Assembly: GCF_004010195.1 (NCBI RefSeq)
Contig: NC_057719.1
Location: 50,978,913 to 51,042,912, forward strand
Source of the DNA: Chiloscyllium plagiosum
Taxonomy: Eukaryota
Direction: 5' to 3'
Length of the DNA: 64,000 bases
Both the position numbers and the translations under genes were made by a program. The notes beneath the pieces are model-generated. The model was not told the origin of the DNA. It saw only the letters and a list, made by a program, of their open reading frames with translations, and made no database searches. Positions 1 to 13,501 of the stretch are shown here, one piece after another (the stretch's first letter is position 1; each line of letters begins with the position of its first letter).

Positions 1-379
1 GAAGGTTCTGTCAGGATGATCTTTGTGTCTTGTATCAACCCATGAACACAGGCAATCACACTGCTCAAGTATTAAGACATTTGGACAACTTCCCGAATTA
101 CCTCCAAATCAAATGTTAATCTTTAGCCGTTTGATTTATTCCATGTTAAAATGAAGAAAGGGCTAAGTGAACTAGATACAAGAAAGGCTATTCGTGTCCA
201 ACGAGATCACATTTCTAATTCTAAAGACATATGTTCCTGAAAAGGCCTTTTAGCTAACCTATTGCAATACAGCTACAATACTAGCATTTTATTTGTTAAA
301 ATAATGAAAATTTACCAATTTAGATCCTGTCAACAAAAGCAGACTAATCAATTTCAGCCATTTATGGCCCGACAAGTTC

Positions 380-1290
380 ACGATCAATTATCAAAGTGAT
401 ACAAAATGTCAACAACACAAATCACCAATAACTGATCATCAGTGGGCAGTTTTGGTTCTGCCAGGACTACTCTGCTTGAGACCTCAATGCAGCCTTGGTC
501 CTTGGGTGAAAGAGCAGAATTCCACAGCTAAGTTGCAAATGACTGTCCAAGGCATCAGGGCAGCATTTGACCAAGCATTCAGGATCCCAACAAAATTGAA
601 TCAATGAGGATTACGGGGAACTCTCTCCAGTAACTGTACTTGCACCTGGCACAGATAAGTTCATTTCAGCTCAGGACATCACTGCAGGGAGTTTGTGGGG
701 TGTCTTCCTAAGCCCAACCATTTTCAAATACCTTTTCTTTTCATTAGATCAGAAGTGGTGGGGACAGAAGTGAAAGAGTGATCACAGATTGCATAATGTT
801 CTGTTCCATTCAGAACTTCAGATTCTGAAACAATACATTCACAGTTGCAGCAAGAGCTGAACAACCTTCAGGCTTAGACCAACAAATGACGTGTAACATT
901 TGTGCCAAACAGCAACTATCTTCAGCTTTCCTTCACATTCAAGTTGCAGTGCCATTGCTGAATGCCATATCACCAACAGCTTGGTGTCATCATTTTATTA
1001 AATGTTCCTGTTTCTGGTCAATGACAATAAAAAAGAGGTCAATAAGTTGGAAATTCTTTGCTGTGTAATCCATCTCTAAATATCTCAAAGCCTGTCCATG
1101 CAGCAGAAGTCACTTATACATTTTCTCCACTCAGTCAAAATGACAGCACATTTAACAGACAGACAGACTGCAATACATTTCAAGAAAAGTGGCATACCAC
1201 CACACATTCTCAAGGCCATTTAGGGATAGATAATAACTGCTGGCTTTGCCAGATATACTCCCATCACCCCAAACAAATAAGCAAAAGCTT
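380..1290 (+). mobile_element. Old degenerate CR1/L2-group LINE fragment (RT region plus 3' tail)
   Basis: Similar by eye to 14780-16400 and 26100-27760. The tail 'ggccatttagggatagataataactgctggc...' resembles 5115-5180 and 27690-27760. Confidence 0.55.
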
Positions 1291-1310
1291 CAATACTTAC
1301 ATAAAAACAA

Positions 1311-3085
1311 GTGTGCACCCCAATATGCCAATTTCATGCACAGGTTCGAACAAGACTTCTTCTGTAGGCAGGACCTCCAATCATCACTATACACCAGATA
1401 GTTACGACGTTTTCTTCCTCCGGACCCACGGCGAGGAGTCACTGAAACAACAACACAGTGATGTCAACAAGTTTCATCCCACCAAACTCTACGACGGACT
1501 ACTCTCTAGTATCAGTCTCATTCTTGGACACATGCATCAAGGATGGGCACCTCACTCTACCACAAACCCATGGATAACCTCACGATGTTGCATCTCAAGC
1601 TTCCACCCTAAATATATTAAAATAGCCATCCCCTACGGACAAGCCCTACACGGGATCTGTTCAGATGAGAAGGAATGTGACGGACACTTAGAAGTGCTCA
1701 AGGATGCCCTGAAAAGAACAGGGTACGTGCTCAACTCATTGACCACCAGTTCCGACATGCCATAGCAGGAATCGTAATGACCTCCTCAAGTGACAGACAC
1801 TATCTGTAACCGATAGGGTACCCTTCGTTGTCCAGTACTTCCCGGGAGCCAAAAACGACACCATGTTCTTTACAGCCTACAACACATTATCGGTGAGGAT
1901 GAGCACCTCACCAAGACCATCCCCATGCCTCCATTTCTCACCTTTAAAACAACCACCACACCTCAAACAGAACATTGTTCGCAGGAAACTGCCCTGCCTT
2001 CAGGACAACACTATACAACCCTGTCAGGCAGATGCTACAAGACGCATGAGTGTTGACAGAGCTACCACCATTACACCTGGGGACACCATCCACCACTTAT
2101 GCGACAGGTACTCATGTGACTTGACCAATGTTGTCTATTCCATATGCTGCAGACAAGGATAGCCTGAGGCATGGTACATTGGTCAGACCAAGCAGAGGCT
2201 ACGGCAACGGATGAATGGACACCACACAATCGCCAGCCAGGAGTGCTCCCTCCCAGTCAGGGAACACGTCAGCGGTCCGGGACATTTGACCTCGGACCTT
2301 TGGGTGACCATCCTCCAAGGCGGATTTTGGGACAGTCAACAATGCAAAGTGGCTGAGCGGAGACGGATAGCCAAGTTCGGTACCCACGGGGATGGCCTCA
2401 ACGGGGACTTGGGTTCGGTCGTCCTACAGGTGACCCCGCTACACTATAACCTCACACACATGCACACAAGTGTGTGCGCACCGACTCAGACAGACCCACA
2501 CACCCATGCAGACCCTCTCATACATCCCCCATATGCACCCTCTCACAGACTTATACCCCATTACACTCAATCGGTCTCCCCGCAGACACACAAAGGTTTG
2601 TGGGATATATTTGTACTTGCAGAATTACATTTTATTTTGCTGAAAAAACTGCATAAATCCATGTAAAACTCTAAATCCCACTTTGTAAATAGAATCAGTC
2701 TGACCAAACATTGGGACACAGATAGACTTTAACTTCGCACCTTCAATGCATTATTTGAGCTGAGATGGCACTTACTGTTAAAAGTATCTTGAGAAGGTAA
2801 CTTTAAAAAAGTTCTGGCATTTATATATTAAGGAACTGAAACTAACATGATCATTCTAAAAGATGAAAGACTCAAGCTACATTTGTTTAATATTACATTC
2901 CATGACATTGCAATCCTTTTGCTATAAATTATGTGTCGTATGATTCTACTCCAAAACCACCTGTTGAAGAAACAGCACTTCAAAAGCTAGTGCCTCCAAA
3001 TAAACCTATTGGACTATAACCTGGTGTTGTGTGATTTTTAACTTTGTCTACCCCAATCCAACACCAGCTCCTCCAATCATGACTA
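1311..3085 (+). mobile_element. 5'-truncated, decayed Penelope-like retroelement (RT C-terminal half, GIY-YIG endonuclease and 3' terminal repeat)
   Basis: Frameshifted translation gives APQYANFMHRFEQDFF..DDVFFLRTHGEESLKQ (RT) and CDLTNVVYSICCRQG*PEAWYIGQTKQRLRQRMNGH (GIY-YIG). The 3' end (2955-3085) matches the termini at 36909-37028 and 45536-45660. Confidence 0.85.
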
Positions 3086-3399
3086 CAAAGAATTGTACCA
3101 CAAAACATTGGCTCTGGTTATTTCAGCCGCCTTTGCTAATGCAGTGAGACAGGAGGTAAATAACAAGTATTTCTTCCTCTTTGGCAGCAGAAGTCACCAA
3201 AAGTCAATATTCAGATTTCATATACAAAGAGTATACAAAGTGTAGCATTCTACCACAAGAGATGTCTGTGGGGAATTTGTCCAGAGGAATCTTTGCTGCT
3301 GTCTAATCCGTTTTCAGTCACTGCTCATACATTGTTATCCACTACTTTCCAAATAGCAATCAGGAGAAGGAATATGGATTTTCCTCTCCCTGGCTTAGT

Positions 3400-3760
3400 A
3401 TCATAGAATTCCCACAGTGTGAAAGCAGGGCATTCAGCCCATCAAGTTTCCACCGACTCTCTGAAGAGCATTCCATCCAGACACAGCCCCCTACCCTACA
3501 CCAATAACCCTGCATTTCCCATGGCTAATCCACCTAACCTACATATCCCTGTACCCTCCAGGACAATTTAGCATCAAGTCAATCCACCTAACCTACACAC
3601 CTTTGGACTGTTTTGAGGAAACCGATGCACCTGGAGGAAACCCACACAAGACATGGGGAGAACGTGCAATCTCCACATGCACAGTCACCTGATGGTAGAA
3701 TCAAATCTGGGTCCCTGGCACTGAGGCAGCAGTACTAACTATTGAAACACCGTGCTGCCC
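3400..3760 (-). mobile_element. HE1-type tRNA-derived V-SINE
   Basis: Reverse complement of the SINE at 47931-48258, with tRNA-like head, central GGGTTTCCTCC..GGTTTCCTC domain and CR1-like tail. Confidence 0.85.
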
Positions 3761-5599
3761 CTGCTGAAACCACTTTCCAGCCTTTGAATTTAGTTGACTC
3801 GTTCAGAGTTTTTATAACTTCTCTGATCCAATAAATCAGTCTGACTGCTTTTTATGCCTTTAACCAGCCAGCGAGTGTGCAAGATATTTAAGTCAATTTT
3901 AGTCTGTCTGACAGGGAGAAGGATAGTTGGTGAGGAGTCTTTTAAGTTTTACTATTTGAAAACAACCATAATTTTTGTCATATGGTTTGCCAACTTACAG
4001 CGTTCTTAGTTCAGATAAATAGCCAGGAGCTTAATTCCCATTCCAGCTGAGATAGACTTGGGACATGCCTGATTGCCTGGCCCCGAGTGAGTGGAAAGCA
4101 CCACCACTTAAAAAAACCCAGCACTGACAAAATTGCCAAGAAAAATGGGTCAGGACGAAGCAGCAGCAGCTGATGAGCCAAAAAACCTGCCTTCAGGCAG
4201 GGCACACATGAATGAATGAATGCCAGCCAAACTATGATGATTACTTTTCTCCCTGTGCTGGGTATTGGAGTGCTGAAATCACTCTTGCTGATGTAATTAA
4301 AATGTAGCCATTTCTGATCCCCATCTGTAAAATTAACATGTAGAACAGGTTGGCTTGCAAGAAGTAATTAGAATAATAAATAAAGTAGTAACTGCTTAGC
4401 ATTCAAAATACTAACCCACAGAACTATCTTCAATCACTGGTGCTGGTGGTATATTTTATGGGAAGATTTTATTGTTCATTGGAAGCACTTGAAAAAGTAT
4501 TTTGTCAGGAGGTTGACCGGAAAGGATTCAGTTTTGGCTTTGTTTTTCCTTATGGAATCGAATATCACCATTTAAAAGCAAAATTGACCATTTACCGTCA
4601 GGCTGTTTTAATAAATATCCCATAACCATGATAATAAACTGACTTATGACTCCTGATAATCTCTCTGATGGTTGCGTTTATACTCCAGTAACTGGAGAAG
4701 AGGATGGAACTGATGTCTGAATGAAGAGAGGTCAGGGATCAAAGCAAACCTATTGAGAAGCTTTACTTCAAACCTAAGGAGAGACATTTAGCCTAGAGAT
4801 CAAATTTTACTGTTCCCCCTTAGGGGGTTTTCAAGCAGCTAAATACATCTGAAAGCTGCCCTTTGTGATTTGTGTAAAGGAATGGATGTACCTTCTACAT
4901 TATACAAATTAAATAAAATCTTAAATTTTCAGGAAGTAACAACCAATGCCACTTTTATCAGTTCATCATGAGAAAGATGTTATTACTCAGATAACCTCAA
5001 AAACAAATCAATAATGCAACCTTGCTAATGTCCCTAAATAGGTTTGACTCATGGAAAAATATGCTTAGGAACTGCAATGGTTCAATTTGGTAGTTCACCA
5101 CCACCTACTCAAGAGCAACTAGGGACAGGCAATAAATGCTGACCAGCCAGGAATGCTCCCGTCACACAATGGATTAAAAAAGATCAACCATATTTTTTGT
5201 AGTTATATTCTTAAGTATCTTGCAGTTAATAGAAATGAAAACTATCAGTAGCAGTGAGGTCAACCAGAACTGAGAGATGATAACCAGCAGGGACGATGGA
5301 ATGAGTGGAGACTCTTCTCTAGCAAGGGAAATCCAAATGGTGTTTTAATACAAGTTTAATTTTATCAATAAAAGAATCTAAAGCTGCAAGTCCTTAAACA
5401 GAAAGGTAGTCACTAATAAATACAGTAAAGGGATTCAGGAAGCTAATGAGAAAGTGGAACTTAATAGTAAGTATAGTTGAGGAAAATAGTAAATACGAAT
5501 TTAGGGAGAAGTTCAATAAACACAAGGCAGAAAGCAATCAAAGTGTATGCTGGTATTGATATATGAAGTAGGGGAAGTACAATTCAAAGAACATAAATC

Positions 5600-6270
5600 C
5601 AGTCTCTGTAATATTGTTTGCTATCACCACTTTCTTAGCCGATCTGCTGCTGAAATACTCATCCATCCCTTTATTACCTTTAGCATTGATGATTCCAACA
5701 CTACTGGCTGATCTCCCACATTCTGTTCTCAATTAACTTGAGATCATTCGAAGACTTATTGCACGTTAATCTGCAGCAAGTGCATCCCACCCCCCCATAA
5801 CCCCCACCCCCACCTTCAAGGCCTGTGCTCATTGACCTACATTGGTTTCTGAATCTTTATTTTAAATCTGCATCTTTATTTTAAAATTACTCATTCTTGT
5901 TTTGAAATGCCTCCTTAAGTTCCGAGTTACAAAAACTACAAGGAGCTCACTCACCACCTAGGCTGTCACAGTGCTAATGATGTCACTGTCAGATCAAAGG
6001 TCTGGATAATCTATTACCTCAAGTCCAAGCCATTCTAGCAATTGCACAATCAAAAAGAAAAGTCTTGTTCAAATGTTTCTGACTTTCCTTACCTCTGTAA
6101 ACTCCCCAGGCCCCACAAAAAAATTCTGGCATTCGCAATCATAATTGGTCCACTGTTGGTAACTGTGCCCTCAGCTGTTTGAGCATTAAATTCTGGAATT
6201 CCTTCCTTAAACCTCTCTTTTCTCCTTTAAGGCACTTCTTAAAGTCTTTGACCAAATGTTTGGTCATTTG
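5600..6270 (+). mobile_element. Old L2-type LINE 3' fragment
   Basis: Similar by eye to the decayed L2-like 3' region at 53250-53850. Confidence 0.45.
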
Positions 6271-6654
6271 ACCTAATGGAATTGATGCTCTGTCGTGTGG
6301 GTTGCGAGAGTTGGAAACATAACTGGCTTTGTGTGTGCACCTGAGGAGATGCTAGCTCTGGACATGGGATTTTCATTGCCAGGGGTTGGAGAAGAGGAGT
6401 AGGAATTGTTTTGTGCACTGTTGCAGATTTCAGGAAAAAAAAAGGTTCTGCAGCTGGAGCTGCTGGGTACCAAGGAGGTTGTTAAACAGACCTGCCTTGG
6501 TGCTGTGGGACTTTGCCCCAGTTATATGGCACTTATCTTCCATGTCAAGCTATAGTATCTCGATGTCCATTTCCCTATGTTATTACAGCCAATGAACCAG
6601 TGACAATAGCATGTGTTAAAAAGCTTTAAAAATCATTCTTTCAGAACTTCACTT

Positions 6655-6768
6655 TAGAACATAAAACATAGAACAATACAGCACAGAACAGGCACTTCGG
6701 CCCTCGATGTTGCGCTGACTTATGAAATATTTTCAGCTCGTCCCCCTACACTATCCCATCATCATCCA
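6655..6768 (-). mobile_element. CR1-type LINE 3' tail fragment
   Basis: 'gaacataaaacatagaacaatacagcacagaacaggcacttcggccc' is the reverse complement of a CR1-type tail. Confidence 0.6.
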
Positions 6769-7777
6769 AAATTTCACCACATGCCTAAACAGCCGAATCA
6801 TAATATCCTTCAAAGTTTTAACATCAGACAGTGCAAATCTGAACATCTCTTTCTTATAAGTAAGTATTGTGCATTGACAGAAGTGATCAGAGATCCAGAA
6901 TTGCCAGTCAACCAATATTTTCCCCCTCAGGCTCAGCTGTTTCAGCACTTTAATGGATGTCTTAGCTTTCAACCAAGAAGGCATTATGAATATTTGGCGG
7001 TGTTTACAAAGCTACTGAATCACGTACATCAGCAAGGGCCTCTGTATATTTTTAATCAAAAATTTTAAGTGGTTATTAAAGGATCATCAATTTTTGATGT
7101 GTTTGAATAACAGATTGGCTGCATAAAGGGATTTTTTAAAGACAGATTTTTTTCAATATGAAACACGAATGACAGTTCTATCAAATTGCTGAAAGTTATT
7201 ATTTTCTTTGTGTATTTCAAAGACATCCTACAGTCTAACCATACAGTAACTGGGTTAGCTGCTTTGGAGGGAATATTGGGGGATATGAGGAGACATGGAG
7301 GAGCATGGAATTGTGAGGGATGAGGTTATGAGAGTACAAAAACAATGTAGATAACACAAGAATCAAGGCAATCCTTCTAATCACACCACTCCCACATTCT
7401 ATTATGAAGAAAAAAAATCTGATCCTCGTTTTCATGAGCCACCACCTCCTACTACAGGCAATGGTTAGTGAAGAATGGAAATTGGAGATAGGTTTCTTTT
7501 TGCAGATTCTGAAATGAGAGCATAACTCACATTTTCCTGACCCTACGTGAAAATTCAATCTTCTGTTCATCTCTGTATTTGATTGGCAAGCTCTATGTTA
7601 TCTGTCCTGACAAAGGAGTTAAAGCTTTACTTAATTCTTATACGTATACTCCAAACAATCATATTCCATCGCAGTCATAACATTGTGAAATTTCTGAAAG
7701 GATGGACTCAGTAGGCAACAAAATCCATTAAAACATGATAGCCTTACATTTTTCTACATGCGGTGGTCACGCAGATA

Positions 7778-7960
7778 TCAGGATTGGCTCAGAGGTAGCA
7801 CTTACATCTTTGAGGAAAGAAGAGTTTGAGTTCAAGACCCAGAGAGACTTTAGCAAACTATCCAGGCAGACACATCACTGAAGCAGTGGGTGAGTGCAGC
7901 ACTGTCAAAAGGTGCCACCTAATGATATTAGAACCTACTTTTCCTCAGATGAGCATTAAA
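7778..7960 (+). mobile_element. Old tRNA-headed Deu-domain SINE fragment (SacSINE-like)
   Basis: A-box-like 'ggctcagaggtagc' and B-box-like 'gagttcaagacc', followed by 'gagtgcagcactgtcaaaaggtgcc'. Confidence 0.5.
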
Positions 7961-8284
7961 ATAATGCCTTGGATTTAAAAAGAATCAGAGCCACTTGATC
8001 ACTTTCTTCTGAGATAATCCCTTTACTGTAAAACTGGCTTCAACAACAGGAAAGTAGTGGGCTCTATGATACTGGGTAGATTGACAGCATGTACATTTCC
8101 ACCCTCTCCCATGACCACAAATGATCAGCTTGAGAAATATACACGCATGAGATTGGGATCTTGGATTCTAAAACTGAAGACTGAAACAAGTCAGTTCTCC
8201 AGATGACAAGTTCTTGTCACCACTGTCGGCACATTGGAGTATGAGAGTTTTAAAATTATAAACAGGAAAAAGGCAAAGAGAAAT

Positions 8285-8480
8285 AAAAACAGCGCTGGAA
8301 ATATGCAAAGGATCTGCCAGTATCCATGTCAAGAAAAAACTGGCAATATTGCAAGTTAAATGCAGCTGTTCTTGAAAGAAGAGTCATTTTTAAACTCTAT
8401 ACTGACCGATTCGGTCTACAGATACTGCCAGCAGTGCTGAATATTTCCAGCACTTTGTTCTTATTTCAGCATCTGTAATT
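8285..8480. mobile_element. Old fold-back element built from PLE-type terminal repeats
   Basis: Inverted arms 'gctggaaatatgc..ctgccagtatc' and 'gatactgccag..gaatatttccagc' resemble the terminus at 21148-21282. Confidence 0.45.
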
Positions 8481-8989
8481 TTTTAAATGAAGTCTCTCTC
8501 TCTGTTCTAGCATGTTGCAGACTTCTTGTGACAGTGGAACAAGTTGGAGGAATAGCACTTCATTTTTTTGTTAGACACGTTCTGACCTTCTAGATTTAAG
8601 ATTGAATGCAACAATTTCAGACAATGAACTCTATCCTTCATTTTGTTACCCACCCTCCCATCCATCCACCCCAGTGCCTGTATCTGGTTTTTAATAGAGT
8701 TAATCATTTTCAGCCACAGCTCATGTTTATTCTGTTATTAGCACGGACAATGGACTTGTGCCTTGCATTCTCTACAGTTATTACTATTCCTTTTGTCTGC
8801 ATTTGCTGCCCAATAAACTGCAAGAAGCTCACTCCCCACCCAGGCTCTCACTATGCTTGTGAGATCACTGCTAGCGAGGCTAGTTCCTGCACCATAGAGG
8901 AGGACCATCCATAACATTAAGAAAGCGAATGCAATGTTGTCTCTTATCTCAAGAGGGTTGGAATATAAAAGCAGAGATGGTTAATGCAC

Positions 8990-9165
8990 GCAGGTATACT
9001 GAAGCAGGGAATTATTTCCTTAAACAAAATCTTCACCACAGTCTCAGCAGTAGCGTTAGGAGGAGGGTAGGCTTCAATCCACTTCGAAAAGACATCAGCA
9101 ATAAGCAAAACACATTTATAGCAACTCAACTCATTTCTACAACTCAATGAAGTCCAGTTGAAGGC
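8990..9165 (-). mobile_element. Endogenous retrovirus integrase core fragment
   Basis: Minus-strand translation reads LQLDFIEL, then after a frameshift YKCVLLIADVFSKWIEAYPPPNATAETVVKILFKEIIPCFSIP, typical of the rve catalytic core. Confidence 0.75.
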
Positions 9166-9326
9166 CGAGATTGATAGATTCTTGTTGTCTCTGAGGAATT
9201 AAGGGCTACGGGGAGAACGTTGGTAAGTGGAGCTGAAATGCGCATCAGCCATGATTGAATGGCGGAGTGGACTCGATGGGCCGAATGGCCTTACTTCCAC
9301 TCCTATGTCTTATGGTCTTATGGTCT
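9160..9326 (+). mobile_element. Short CR1-type LINE 3' end
   Basis: 'gattgatagattcttg...gatgggccgaatggcc...' followed by a tandem tail 'tcttatggtcttatggtct'. Confidence 0.7.
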
Positions 9327-11475
9327 AACATTGGATCAAAGCCATTTTAATAACTACATAAGCAAAAGAAAGTTATTTTTCAAATATTTTTCTGGTTTCA
9401 AGCATTTGAGTTTTACAGTGCCAAGTAGCAAGCTAAGCATTGGAAGGGGAAACAGGAGCACATTCACAGCAAGGTAGAGGGCCACTGAATCAAACAGAAT
9501 GATGAACGGTACCGAAAACAATGATGACATCAGCTATTTTGCACATTGTTGGTGGAGCGGGCACCAACATCCTGTACCATGTGAACATTAAATCACATCA
9601 GCAGCACCAACTTCCTGTACGGGTCTAGTGGAGAATCCTCCGTTTATGTTATGACACCTTTGACCTCCAATCTTTTAACCTTTTCCTGCTCTTACCAAGG
9701 AGAAACACGAGTAGGTCACTCAGCCCCTGGAGTCAGATCGACCATTCAATAAGATCATGGCTGACCTGATTTTAACCTCAACTCTAGATTCCTGTCTATT
9801 CCCAATAACCTTTTATCCCCTTAATAATCAAGATACTATCTACCTCTGCTTTAAAAAATATGTAAAGATTCTGCATTCAGTGCTTTTTGAGGAAAAGAAA
9901 AACAAACATGTTTCTTCATCCTCAATGAGCATCCCCTTATTTTTAAGCTCTGACCCTAGTTCTAGATTCTTCTAAAAGAAGAAACATCCTTTCAATATCC
10001 TCTCCATTAAATCAACTAAGGATCACATAAGCTTCATATACAAGTTTGTTCCACTTCCTTCCTTTTAAACAGAATAAATGCTGTGATTTTTCCACCAGTC
10101 TTTCTCGGTTCTCTTCCCACCAACGTTCCACCTCCATATTGAGTTAGATATTCTTGAATGCTAGAGCACCGAAGTAAGATGGCAATTGGTTTGGTCTCTC
10201 AATTGCTGCTAGGGTTCATTGAAGAAGCAATGGGAGAATTAATACTGCTTTCAACAGCAACATCAAACTGCTAATGTTATTTATTGGACTCTATTTAGCC
10301 TTGATGCAAATTAACAACTACTCTCAAAATAACACCACTTTCCCCTGTGTTAGTTTGACTGGCACTAAATTTCTAAGTGGAAGTTTAGGTCAAGACCTCA
10401 TCAATTCTGATTCCATCAGGACGATCCATCATTAGTACTTGTTAACACTAATTTAGAGCATCTTAAGATTACCTTGTGAAAGTCATGCAGCAGTAGGTTG
10501 AACCCTGTATTTAGTCTATTGAGTATCCCATTCTCTAAACAATGTTATGTTGGGTTATCATCTTGCTTAATACCCACCACCAACAAAACAGTCCACTTAA
10601 TTTGCATAATAAAGCAGAGAGGAGCATCGTAGAAGCAAATAATACATTATATCAGATGTCAGAATATATTTTCCAGCCTCTGCAGATCAGAAATTAATTC
10701 CTATTCTGACAGGTTCACATTCAATGGGAGATAATTTCCCTCTGTTTCCTTGCAATTTAAATGTCAATGTAGTTAATCGAGAAAACCTTAGATTTATTAA
10801 TTGTTGTCTGAAATGCAGGAGGCCTAACTGGGTCATTTACTAAAATGCTTACCAGAATGCTTGACAAAACGTTTCTAAATTTAGATTATAAAACCTTGGT
10901 GTCTGTCATTGGGCTCTTATCCAAATCATTCGTTTTCTCCCTCAAGCGGAATCCTGTTATAATTGCTACAATTTACAAGCAATTACACTGGATGAATCCA
11001 ATTAATAGTTTTCAATCTCTGTCAGAATCATTTTGAAAAAATACTTTAATTCTGCATGCATACTCTATTTTAATGAATCAAATTGTGTCCAACCTTTGAA
11101 ACAATAACTATCCCTGTAGTTTTTAAGTGGAATTGTTTTACCTGGGGGAGAAAAACATAGAAATGTAGGAAGCCCTACAGCAAATTGGTGCTTTTAATGC
11201 ATTTGTATTCCCAAGTCTGTATTTCATTAGTTTAAGTGGGTTGAAAAAGTACGGTGTGGGTCTGTGATCCACAAAGTTCATTTTGGTTTTCAAATAGAAC
11301 CCTTGTCCAACTGGTATTTATGTCTTGCAATGCTATAACTATCCAATGTAAGGACATAATCTTACATCTTTTATCACAGCTCTTTGTGCTGATGGCAGCT
11401 GAACCTAAGTGTTATACACTTCCTTCTTTAGCTTAATCTAATATTCCTTACGCCAGGATCCTGCCAGTGCTAATA

Positions 11476-11700
11476 TGTGGAGTTTACACATTCTCCCCGC
11501 GGGTTTCCTCCCGGGTGCTCCGGTTTCCTCCCACAGTCCAAAAATGTGCAGGTTAGGTGAATTGGCCATGCTAAATTGCCCATAGTGTCAGGTGAATGGG
11601 TAAATCTAGGGGAATGGGTCTGGGTGGGTTGCTCCTCGGAGGGTCGGTGTGGACTTGTTGGGCCAAAGGGCCTGTTTCCACACTGTAAGTAATCTAATCA
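11476..11700 (+). mobile_element. 5'-truncated HE1-type SINE
   Basis: Closely matches 48015-48240. Confidence 0.85.
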
Positions 11701-13501
11701 ACCAGGTATGGTGACTTCCTGGTTGTAATACTCAAATGGCAACATAAAGGTTGTCAATTCAAAATCTAACACTGTAAATTAGGAAATTAAATTTATTGAA
11801 TTCAGAAACTTCTACCTCTTCCCACAAAACAGAAAGTCGACCAGGAAAACTACTGAATTGTCTGAAAACACAGCTGGTGTCCTTCAGGAAAGAGTACCTG
11901 CCACATATTCCTGGTCTGGTCTACATGTGTCTGATGTATTATGATTGACTTGCAATGCTGTTTGGGCTAGCATAGATGGGCAAAAATACTATTTTGCTAA
12001 TACTGCCTATATCTGAAGAGCAAAAGCAAATTTCTACTTGCTGCCAGCAATATAAGTTGCGGTTAAATACTTAGAGCTCTAATATGGTGCATGACACAGT
12101 CAATTTCCAATAATACTGCAAATCAGTGTTTAACATCTGCTTGTGTAGAACATTAAAATTGCCATGGCACTTCTCAAAGGAATTACATACAACACCCATT
12201 TGTAGTGGCTGAAAGTTTGAATACAAAATAAATGTCAAGAAAGTTTTTAATGCAGGCAGAACGTAGGAAAATAACATTTTAACAGGCACTTTCAGACAGC
12301 TGAATGATAGTAGTCACTGCTGCACTGAAGGACCTTAATGTGGGTTACTCGACCCAAGTAAAAAAAGAAATTATATAACCTAATATATAATCTCCAGGAG
12401 ACTGAGTCATCAACATTTCCTTTCTTGATTTTCTACTTTGAATTCCAGTTGATCTGAAATTAAAGCCTCACACAATGGAAACAAATCAATGGCAATACTG
12501 CACAGGTATGTTTCATGTCATGTGTTTAATAGCTGCCACAAACTAAAGTGAAAAAAACATACAGGTGAAGTAGAAGTCATATGACTGCAGCAAGGCAGCT
12601 GGTATACAATGGACACATGCATCTCCCCAAATATTCATCTTTCAGTAAAAAGGAAATTGCATGCACTACCATTTGCAGTCAGAGTTATCCAAATTACCTC
12701 ATATATGTTATCAGCAAAGATGAAACAAATATTCATATACAAAACTGATAATTTCAATCTGTCCTATTTGCAGCATCTAGTGTCTCAAGTTTTTTGGTCT
12801 TTTAATGACACTTGTGAATTTTTGTCAGTTTATTTTGTATCTGCTTGTTTCAAGGATGATGTTCCTTCCCTGGTGAGGTTTCATTCCCATGGGGAGTGCT
12901 TAAGCAGAGCAAGACACTTGTTTCTCAAATCTCTTGTCTCTGTGGATGATTTCTAGTGCATGTTGAGCTGCTGCTTTTCATTGAATCTGGAGATCTCACA
13001 AATTGTCTTAGTGGTCTCAACTTTCTTCATAGGGAGTGCTACTTTTAGGAGTGCATGTTGGCAATGCGCATCTGTTTCCCTTGTTTGGATGCCCATATTT
13101 GTGCAAAAACGTAACACTCTCTCACAACATCGTGAAGATGATAAATACACTTAAAAGGGCTTCCATTCTCAAGTTGGGTCATGAGAGTTGGGAACTTTGC
13201 TGGCTTAGACTACCTGCCTCGAGACCCACTGCAAGGATGAAATCGTCATCACTGAGATACAGATACAGATCTCAGTATGAATCTAGGCTAAGGGCCCAGA
13301 CAAACATCATGCTCTTGACATACCCAAACACCTGCTTGGTCACAAGCTCTGACTAATTGCACTTTGTATAAATGAACATTGTAAAAGTGATAACAAATTA
13401 ATTTCACATGCTTTGCAGTCTCAGCCATAGAACATTTAAATGGTCTGGTTGGAGGAGGAATTTTTTTAAACTCAGTAGGAATTTATTAATGGATGACTTT
13501 T

